Assembly (NCBI GenBank): GCA_050011875.1
Contig: JBEKIG010000004.1
Span: 160,001-224,000 of the forward strand
Direction: 5' to 3'
DNA: 64,000 nt
DNA from: Nitrososphaeria archaeon
GTDB lineage: Archaea; Thermoproteota; Nitrososphaeria; JACIWG01
Positions 39,551 to 47,107 of this stretch are shown here, in pieces. Made by a program: the position numbers and the translations under genes. Under the pieces are notes generated by a model. That model was not told the origin of the DNA and made no database searches. It saw only the letters and a list, made by a program, of their open reading frames with translations. The first letter of the stretch is position 1. Each line of letters opens with the position of its first letter.

Positions 39551-41011
39551 ATGACGGTAACTCTGGACGTTGATTCGCTTCCAAGAACGTTGATCACGGA
39601 CAAAAATGGCTCCTTCTCTACACCCATTACACTATCAGTATATGGGGTTCATAATGTGACAGCCAGTTTCTCAGGATTACAATATTATCTTGCAAGCCTA
39701 AGCGAAAGGCAGGTCAAAGTCCCTGAACTCTCCATAATACCTCTGTCTGACAACATAATTCGAGGTGAAAACAATTCTCTTGCAGCGATAGTCTTGGCCG
39801 AAGACCTTCCGGTAGAAAAGGAGGATGTCCTCATCAGCATGAACGGTACAACAATATCTTCCGCCACAACCGATGTAAACGGCTACATGTTCTTATCCTA
39901 CAATGCTTCTCCTAACCTCATGATAGGAAACGTTACCCTCGACTACAAGCTTAAGGACTTTGAAAACGAAGAGAACCAGACCGTCAAAGTGATGACTAAG
40001 ACATTTATTTCAGTAGAAACGACAAACTTTTTGGGGAAACAGATTGACATCACTCCGAAGCTAGTTGACAACTTGGGGACTCCTATCGTAGGACAAGACC
40101 TATCCGCTAGCTCGAATATAACAACTGCTTCTTCTCTTGGAATAACCGACGGCGGAGGAATAGCATCTCTAAAATTAGAAGTACCTAATTCGTCTATGTC
40201 TAATAATATTACCTGCAGCATCAGGTTCAATGGCAGCGAATACCTTCTGCCATCAGAACTCACCCTAATCCTGACCCCTCCGCAAGAGTCATCAGCTGTA
40301 GCAAACGCTATATTGGCGGTTGCAATCCTAGCCATAGTTGGCTTATCTATTGCCATGTTCTTGATCAATGGTCGTCTGAAGAGGCAGAAGGCTATTACCG
40401 CACAGACAATTGGATACCAAGAACCAGATGAAGGCAGCCGGAGACTGGCTGCTTTTCTTTTTTTATTTTTTATTTCTTTTCCCCAGATACGGGAACAATT
40501 TGCGTTAGTTTGGGGAGAACGTGAACCACTGGAGGTTCAGGTGAAGATTAACACGACACAACACAAAGAGGCGTACATGATCGTGGATGACGAGAGGGTG
40601 GGAAAGCCCGAACTTAGGGTAGGTGAAGAATTAATGAAGTTCACCCTAGAAAAGGGGACTCACACATTTGCAATAGTGGAAAAAGGCAACAAGATCGCCG
40701 AAGTTAAGATCAGGATAGTGAACTACAGGGAAGAAGTGGTTCAGCTCTACAGAGAATACTTTTTATCGCTTAAGAAAAGGGACCCCAGAATCGTTGAAGA
40801 GACAACGCCGAGAGAGTTTGAATCGATAGTTAAAAAGGGCGTGCCATCTAACAAGCATCATTCATTGGAATCGGTGGTCTCCCTGTTCGAAGTGGCTAAC
40901 TATAGCCTCCATACGATAGCGAGAAGACAGTATGAGGAAATGTATGTCAACCTTCTTGAGCTGGAACGAAATGAATCTGGTCGAGGAAAAAATTATGCAA
41001 GAGAAGATTAG
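39551..41011 (+). CDS. Ig-like repeats, TM and DUF4129-like C-terminus; probable continuation of the transglutaminase gene
   Basis: TDKNGSF/TDVNGYM/TDGGGIA repeats; ETTPREF...LFEVANYS. Confidence 0.75.
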   Translation: MTVTLDVDSLPRTLITDKNGSFSTPITLSVYGVHNVTASFSGLQYYLASLSERQVKVPELSIIPLSDNIIRGENNSLAAIVLAEDLPVEKEDVLISMNGTTISSATTDVNGYMFLSYNASPNLMIGNVTLDYKLKDFENEENQTVKVMTKTFISVETTNFLGKQIDITPKLVDNLGTPIVGQDLSASSNITTASSLGITDGGGIASLKLEVPNSSMSNNITCSIRFNGSEYLLPSELTLILTPPQESSAVANAILAVAILAIVGLSIAMFLINGRLKRQKAITAQTIGYQEPDEGSRRLAAFLFLFFISFPQIREQFALVWGEREPLEVQVKINTTQHKEAYMIVDDERVGKPELRVGEELMKFTLEKGTHTFAIVEKGNKIAEVKIRIVNYREEVVQLYREYFLSLKKRDPRIVEETTPREFESIVKKGVPSNKHHSLESVVSLFEVANYSLHTIARRQYEEMYVNLLELERNESGRGKNYARED

Positions 41012-42347
41012 GGAAAATCTAGAATTTGGACAGGGAAGCGGCCAGGCATCAAAGGAGGCTGTAGGCACTAAGAGAAATTCTAAATCGGTTATTAAAACGA
41101 CTATCTTAGTATTTGCAACACTTGTCGTACTGAGTCTGCTTTTTTTCTACGTCGGTTCGAACTTGAGTCAAATTTTTTGGGGCAAATTTTTCATGTACTT
41201 ATATTATCCGATATCAGGCATTATCATTGTCGTTTATACAATAGAAATGTTTGGTCAGTTCTTTGAAGGCGATTTTGTTAAGGCCATATCCAACCATATA
41301 GAAGTCCCGGTTATGGTGGTCACCTTTACGCTTACCCTGTTCAACCCCCAGATCGTGTTCCCCGACTCCTACAAGACTGCAGGGTATTTGATCATCGGCA
41401 CAGTATTGGTTTGGGCCACCCACAGCATAATAAAAACTTATTCGAAGATCGCGAGCACCTTCACGTTCGCAGCTCTACTCACAATCACCGGATATATGAT
41501 AAAGACAATAATAGAATCCTATATGGGTTTAAATCTGGATCTACCTTTTTCACCCGGCAACATAGTTTTCTACTGCTTTCTAGCAACTGCTGCTCTATCA
41601 TTGTTATCCTTCTTCAAATACTCCAGTAAAGACTACCTTTACTATATCGGAAACAAGCTGAGCAGCTACACCGTATTATTTGGCATAGGGGTTGTTGCAT
41701 TCTTTGTTCAGGTATACCTGCTGTACATCAGGCCTTCCTTTCCAGCATCGATTTCTCCGTATCTTTTAGTCGCCGAATGGACCGCTGTCTGCTGCATTTC
41801 ATTCGCGGTCTTCAAGAGTGTGAGAGACCATCTCTTGAGTGTCTCACAGACCTTGAAGTTTGGCGAATGGAGTGTGCTAACACAGAAGATAACCAACAAG
41901 AAGGAGGAACTAAACATTATGTCGGACTTCATTGATGACGGAAAAAAGGAACGCCTGTTAATGCTAATCTCCCATATCCTTCTTTCCAACGACATCCCAT
42001 ATAAGATCGGTGAAGAAGCAATAGGAGAGCTTGTGCAATACCGCGACCCTGAACCTCCAAAGATCGTATCAAAGCGTATGGCTGGAGAAATGAGAGAAGA
42101 GAATAGAAGAAACAGGCAGAGGATACTGGAGAAGACGCTCAAAACCGTGGAAGATGTCATCAACAAAAACTATCTTTCGAATAACGATAGGCAATTCATA
42201 GAACCGGGTGAACTTCCGGATAGTTCCAATGTATTGAAAAGATGCAGCCAGTGTGGAAAGGAATATCCAGTAAGGTTTGGAGAGTGCCCATTTTGTTATG
42301 TAAGAAAGGCTTCCCCAAGAGTATATCTTCCTGAAGAATATATCTGA
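40932..42347 (+). CDS. Polytopic membrane protein with C-terminal zinc ribbon (start probably ~40995)
   Basis: ~9 TM segments; CSQC...CPFC. Confidence 0.75.
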   Translation: MRKCMSTFLSWNEMNLVEEKIMQEKIRENLEFGQGSGQASKEAVGTKRNSKSVIKTTILVFATLVVLSLLFFYVGSNLSQIFWGKFFMYLYYPISGIIIVVYTIEMFGQFFEGDFVKAISNHIEVPVMVVTFTLTLFNPQIVFPDSYKTAGYLIIGTVLVWATHSIIKTYSKIASTFTFAALLTITGYMIKTIIESYMGLNLDLPFSPGNIVFYCFLATAALSLLSFFKYSSKDYLYYIGNKLSSYTVLFGIGVVAFFVQVYLLYIRPSFPASISPYLLVAEWTAVCCISFAVFKSVRDHLLSVSQTLKFGEWSVLTQKITNKKEELNIMSDFIDDGKKERLLMLISHILLSNDIPYKIGEEAIGELVQYRDPEPPKIVSKRMAGEMREENRRNRQRILEKTLKTVEDVINKNYLSNNDRQFIEPGELPDSSNVLKRCSQCGKEYPVRFGECPFCYVRKASPRVYLPEEYI

Positions 42348-42435
42348 ATGTGCGGTTTTTAATTCTCGGATATTAACCTATCAGAAACAATAACTATATT
42401 TGAATGAAACATATAAGAATTGATTTAACGTATAC

Positions 42436-43362
42436 ATGGGGATGAATGCTAGACCTATCAGTACGTATTCGATAATTGCGATAAGTAAAAAAGAAAATTT
42501 AATGGGCGTAGCGGTGCAATCGCACTGTTTCTCCGTTGGTTCGGTCGTTCCCTGGGCTGAATCAGGTGTAGGAGTCGTTGCAACCCAGTCGAGGACTGAA
42601 CCTAGTTACGGCCCCTTAGGCCTGTTTCTTATGAAAGCTGGCATTAGAGCAGGAAAAACGCTTGAGGCGCTTTTAACAACCGATCCTAAAGAAGACGTTA
42701 GGCAGGTTGCTATGCTGGATACAATTGACGGAATAGCGGCGCACACAGGCACCCAATGTATTCCTGAGTCAGGACATCTAATAGGGGATGACTTTAGTGT
42801 TCAGGCTAACCTAATGAAGAGCAAGGAAGTTTGGCCTGCTATGGCTTCCGCTTTTAGAAGGAGTGGAGGAACTTTCATGAGACGGCTGATGTCCGCTTTA
42901 GATGCCGCTGAAGACGTTGGAGGCGACATTAGAGGAAGACAGTCCGCTGCGATGCTTGTCGTAAAATGTCGGTCAACAGGCATACCTTGGGAAGATAAGG
43001 TCATCGACCTAAGAGTAGAGGACCATCCTGAGCCGCTTAAGGAACTCCACAGATTGATAACAATCAGCGAAGCCTACGAGATTAACAGCATTGGAGACGA
43101 CTTGATCGCACAGGGAAAGGTCAAAAAGGCAATCAAAGAGTACAGGTTGGCAAACAGGAAAGCGCCAGAGATATTGGAGCTTAAGTTTTGGCAGGTGGTA
43201 TCATTGCTCAATAGCGGCAACTTCGAAACCGCAAGGGAAATCCTCAAAGATGTTCTGGCCGCCGACAGAAGATGGAAGAAGATTCTGTTATCTCTTCCCC
43301 GACCAGCTATACTATCTGTGGATGAGGAAACCCTGTATAAAATTGTAAACGAACCTAGATAG
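42436..43362 (+). CDS. DUF1028 (Ntn-hydrolase-like) protein with TPR-like tail
   Basis: STYSIIA, GVGVVATQS, GGDIRGRQSAA, DLRVEDHPEPL. Confidence 0.9.
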   Translation: MGMNARPISTYSIIAISKKENLMGVAVQSHCFSVGSVVPWAESGVGVVATQSRTEPSYGPLGLFLMKAGIRAGKTLEALLTTDPKEDVRQVAMLDTIDGIAAHTGTQCIPESGHLIGDDFSVQANLMKSKEVWPAMASAFRRSGGTFMRRLMSALDAAEDVGGDIRGRQSAAMLVVKCRSTGIPWEDKVIDLRVEDHPEPLKELHRLITISEAYEINSIGDDLIAQGKVKKAIKEYRLANRKAPEILELKFWQVVSLLNSGNFETAREILKDVLAADRRWKKILLSLPRPAILSVDEETLYKIVNEPR

Positions 43363-44175
43363 GATATCGCTGAAATAAACGAACAAAGAATTATGTATTT
43401 GCGGCCAACGAACCGTGAACCTCAGACAATGTTGGCACCAAACGTCTTTTGTCTGGTATAGTTGACGATGAGCTTCCGGAAGGAAGCTGTACCAAGGTGA
43501 CCTGGGATAGTTATTAAGGTAAAAGAACGTACAAGTACCTAGTGCAAGATCGTCCTTGATAAGCACTCCAACTAGGATATTATACGGAATAATCCTTAAA
43601 AGTAAAGAAGATGTAGATAAAAAAACTGATAATATGGCTCAAGGTCTCCTACGAAGCTTCTTAATCATAAAGAAAGAAAGGAACTGGAAACGGCGTCTAT
43701 GCTTCATCAGCAGTTAAGGAGATCTTCAGGGCTTTCATACAGGTCACAAAGTATTCATATCTCCCGTTTGGGCTTCGAGTTCCCTCTCCTTACTAAATTC
43801 ATCTCCCAACTCATTTAGCCAAAATCTCGGCTGCGATTTTTCCTAAGTCAGATGTACCCCGATAAGGGCACATTACGCAAGGTCATAGAGCAGATGTATG
43901 AGGTATTTTAAAAAGAATGATGATTTCATCACATTATTCATCTGGATTATCGGAGTTGGTTCCGTAGTCGTACTTATCTGTGCGATAGCGTACTTCCTGT
44001 TATCGGTACGGGGCAAAAGGAGCTATTTCCTGAATTGGTAAACGGTCTTTTAGGTCGTTTCAAGTCCAAATTTACCTAAAAAAAATAGTGCAAAAACATA
44101 CGATTTTTTTACCATGAAACGAGTCTGGCACGACGTCGCCGTGCCATTTACTAATGTGGTAAACGTAAGGGACAC

Positions 44176-44209
44176 ATAACCAGTTTGGTTATATAACCAG
44201 TTTGGTTAT
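44176..44209. repeat. Perfect tandem duplication of a 17-bp palindrome ATAACCA-GTT-TGGTTAT
   Basis: Copies at 44176-44192 and 44193-44209. Confidence 0.95.
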
Positions 44210-44212
44210 ATC

Positions 44213-44413
44213 CTAAATATTGCCCTTTCGATATAAATCTTGTTTTAGATTCTTCAGCTCGTTCAAAGTAGTTAGAATGTTCTTTTGTATGGCATCCTGG
44301 TTCCCACACACCTGCTTGAACTGAGCCTTCTGATCAGCAAATAGAGCGTTCACTGTCTTGTTCTGCTCACTTATTGAAGCCAGAATCAGAAGCTCCAGCT
44401 CCCTATCGGACAA
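44213..44413 (-). CDS. Small coiled-coil hypothetical protein
   Basis: ORF with helical heptad character; no family recognised. Confidence 0.45.
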   Translation of the reverse strand: MSDRELELLILASISEQNKTVNALFADQKAQFKQVCGNQDAIQKNILTTLNELKNLKQDLYRKGNI

Positions 44414-44465
44414 CTTTCCAAAAATTAAAACTGATTGAGCAAAAAAATAATTTTAAATTTGGTTT

Positions 44466-44635
44466 GGCTCAACACGTTTTAAAACAAAATGCTAACGATA
44501 ACTATTTCCCGTTGGCTCAACTTAAATGCGTTCTGCATGAGAGCGATATGATGCACGATATTGCACAGGGACATCAGAACAGGGCCAGATGCAGAATGTT
44601 TATCGATAGCATTTCCGATTTTTTCTGTTTGAGCC
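44466..44635. repeat. 170-bp imperfect palindromic element, copy 1
   Basis: GGCTCAA...TTGAGCC ends; AAATGCTAACGATA / TATCGATAGCATTT at symmetric offsets. Confidence 0.9.
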
Positions 44636-44778
44636 GGAATTAGCCCAGTATTATCTAATGATATTATATAATGATATTTTATAATCCAATTTGGGTTATA
44701 AACATTAACCATTAATGGTAATTTTGTTTTAAAGCGAACATTAAACGTTTTTTCATCCGGCCCCGTTGCAAACATTAA

Positions 44779-44874
44779 CTATTTTAGGATAGTTTCTTCT
44801 TCTCGAACGTGTATCCCCTCATCTTCTATTTCTTTATAGTCTCTTGACGCCAGCAGAACCCAGATATCTTCCAT
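44779..44874 (-). CDS. 31-aa ORF with strong SD (GGAGGAG); possibly the 5' part of a stop-interrupted gene
   Basis: MEDIWVLLASRDYKEIEDEGIHVREEETILK*; frame continues after TAG into the 44775 ORF. Confidence 0.35.
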   Translation of the reverse strand: MEDIWVLLASRDYKEIEDEGIHVREEETILK

Positions 44875-45000
44875 TGATTTCTCCTCCATATTTTATTATA
44901 ATGGGATCCATAAAAGTGATAAAAGCAGGTCTTATGTCATCTGGTACATTTATCAATTTAAATTAATTTGAGCCAAAGAACAATTTGCAATATTATGTTC

Positions 45001-45170
45001 GGCTCAAATCATTTTTAACAAAATTGCTAACGTTAACTTTTTCCTGTTAGCTCAACTTAATATCATCTTGCATGAGAGCGATATGATGTTCAATTGAGCT
45101 CTGAGGGATCATACCGAGCTAACAAGTAGAATATTTGGAGTTAGCATTTCCGATTTTTTCTGTCTGAGCC
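45001..45170. repeat. 170-bp imperfect palindromic element, copy 2 (direct orientation)
   Basis: 126/170 identical to copy 1 without gaps (hand count); GGCTCA...TGAGCC ends, TGCTAAC/GTTAGCA symmetric. Confidence 0.9.
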
Positions 45171-45318
45171 GGATTTAAAAATCTTAAAACGCACTGGCTC
45201 AATGCGTTTTTTTGTTCAGCTATTTACTTAACCAATTTGGTAAAGTTTCTTGGATGTTAGGTTGACTAAGTTCCCATATCATTGAAAAGTTTTAATGTAA
45301 TTTTTGTGATTATTTTTA

Positions 45319-45666
45319 TTATTGTTTCAACTTCTCTATCACAGACTCAATCGTCTCTACGACTGTTGTTTCATTCCTCAAACCGAGTATAACAATCTTA
45401 CCTGATGCATAAAGAAGGGTTGTAATATTCTTATTAAGTTTAAAAATGGCACCTGGAAACTGTTCTGGTTCATAGATTACATTATCCAGCCTATTCGCTA
45501 CTTTTTCAATGTCAATCATGCTCCCAATATCTGCTAACACAACGATGTTTCTGACTTTAAAATTTGAAGGAATAACAATACTATTAATCACTCTATGGAC
45601 CTTTAATATTTGAATACATCGATCCAAGTCATCCGAAGATTCAATAACACTTTTTGAACCAAAGAA
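45319..45666 (-). pseudogene. tbp: 5'-truncated divergent TATA-box-binding protein (end of repeat 1 plus repeat 2)
   Basis: GSKSV...RNIV...YEPEQFPGAIFK...LLYASGKIVILG; in-frame TAA directly upstream at 45667-45669. Confidence 0.85.
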
Positions 45667-46286
45667 TTAATGAAAAAAGAATTAGAATACGACCCTTGGA
45701 GCAACTGATTTAACGTTATTCTTTGAATATCAAATTTGAAATTAACTATTACATTAATGCTTAAACCTATAAGAACAATTTTTAGAATAAACTTGATAGA
45801 CTATATAAAATCTTTTTGAAATTCATTCTTTTTATGTTCTTGGCAAAAGCTAACAAACCAAGATTGTTTAAGTATCTTTACTACTTTTTGGAGGGGTAAT
45901 TCCTACTCTATTTTTTATGTGTAGATTATTATAATTTTTTATCAGCAAAAGATGTAATAGGGACTCGAACCCATTTAGGTATGAATCGCGCCTGGTCCAC
46001 TCGATTGTTGGTATTACCTGAACCAGTTTAAGGCCTCGGCACCAGGGTGTTAACTGCTAAATAGTGTAGATTAGGGGTTTAAAGAGGGTTTAAACCGCTT
46101 GTCTTCCTGAGCTTGGAGTTATTTTAACAGGATTTCCACCTTAATTAATTGGGGAATCGAACAAGGTAAGCTTGATCCAGCATCTATAGTAAGTACACAC
46201 AGCAGACTGTTTACATTCTGGTTTGAATATCAACCTAATGTAGTTCAACTTTTTGTAAAAGACCGTAATGATGTTCTAAACCTAAG

Positions 46287-46568
46287 GTGAGAAACAGAAC
46301 TAAAATTGTAATTGTTGTTGTTATTGTCCTACTCGTAGCTGTATATTATTCTCTAAGCACGTTTGAAATTAGTACTGTAGACTCCAACCCAACAGGGAGG
46401 TACTATGAACTGTCTGTTTATGATGGACAGGCACAGATAGCTTACGTTTCAGTCATATTGTCTAAACAAGTCTATAGAAACAATGCTTTGAAGATAGCTA
46501 ATGGGTTGCTGGAAGATGGTGCGCGTTTTGCAGTTGGAATCGATGGCTTTGACAGTAAAATCAATTGA
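46287..46568 (+). CDS. Short membrane-anchored hypothetical protein (possibly truncated)
   Basis: N-terminal basic plus hydrophobic signal anchor. Confidence 0.5.
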   Translation: MRNRTKIVIVVVIVLLVAVYYSLSTFEISTVDSNPTGRYYELSVYDGQAQIAYVSVILSKQVYRNNALKIANGLLEDGARFAVGIDGFDSKIN

Positions 46569-46587
46569 ATAAAGACAGTTCTGGCGA

Positions 46588-46932
46588 TTATGCTATGTAA
46601 GATACCATGTTCTGAAATTTTGGGCACCAATTTGAGAATTCGCATACATCCTTAATTTTACAGAAAGTAAGGTCATTCGAATACATCGAATCATAGTTCT
46701 TACACTGGTTCCAAGGCTCTATCACTCCTATTCCATAAAAACAGAGCCTCAGCCTAGACAACTTCTTTAAAGAGATAGGCTCCTTAGTTTCCCAGTCCCA
46801 TGCCGGAATCTTAACTACTCTATCTTGGAACCTTATTTCAATGAACTCGCCTGCCTTTAAAATCTTTCTTGCATCAATTGGCACCTTCACCGACGCCATA
46901 GCCCATTTTTTGCATGACCGACAACACTTCAA
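46588..46932 (-). CDS. Cys-rich hypothetical (possible Zn-binding) protein
   Basis: CCRSC N-terminus; several further Cys; GTGAT SD-like upstream. Confidence 0.55.
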   Translation of the reverse strand: MKCCRSCKKWAMASVKVPIDARKILKAGEFIEIRFQDRVVKIPAWDWETKEPISLKKLSRLRLCFYGIGVIEPWNQCKNYDSMYSNDLTFCKIKDVCEFSNWCPKFQNMVSYIA

Positions 46933-47107
46933 CTAGGATCACATCTAAACTCCTAATAGTGTGTAAGACAAAGATAAAATCCTTTTTGCAGTTAATATAA
47001 ATCCGTTCAGAATAGTTCAGACACTTGAATAGAATATATTTGAATATGGAGAGTAACTCCTTTCCTAGACTTGCTTCCGTTGCTTTTTAACTACATCATA
47101 TAAATAT

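Noticed and set aside
43464-43492. Hammerhead ribozyme or box C/D RNA
   Set aside because: CUGANGA/GAAA core and CUGA box are both absent
43770-43785. GGGCTTCGAGTTCCC as a tRNA T-arm
   Set aside because: Wrong spacing and no other tRNA elements
44374-44643. 89-aa + strand ORF across repeat copy 1
   Set aside because: The equivalent frame in copy 2 hits a stop; no SD or motif
44430-45205. CRISPR array, integron attC or MITE interpretation of the repeats
   Set aside because: No identical 24-47 bp repeats with unique spacers, no cas or intI gene, no target-site duplications, and similarity extends beyond the inverted ends
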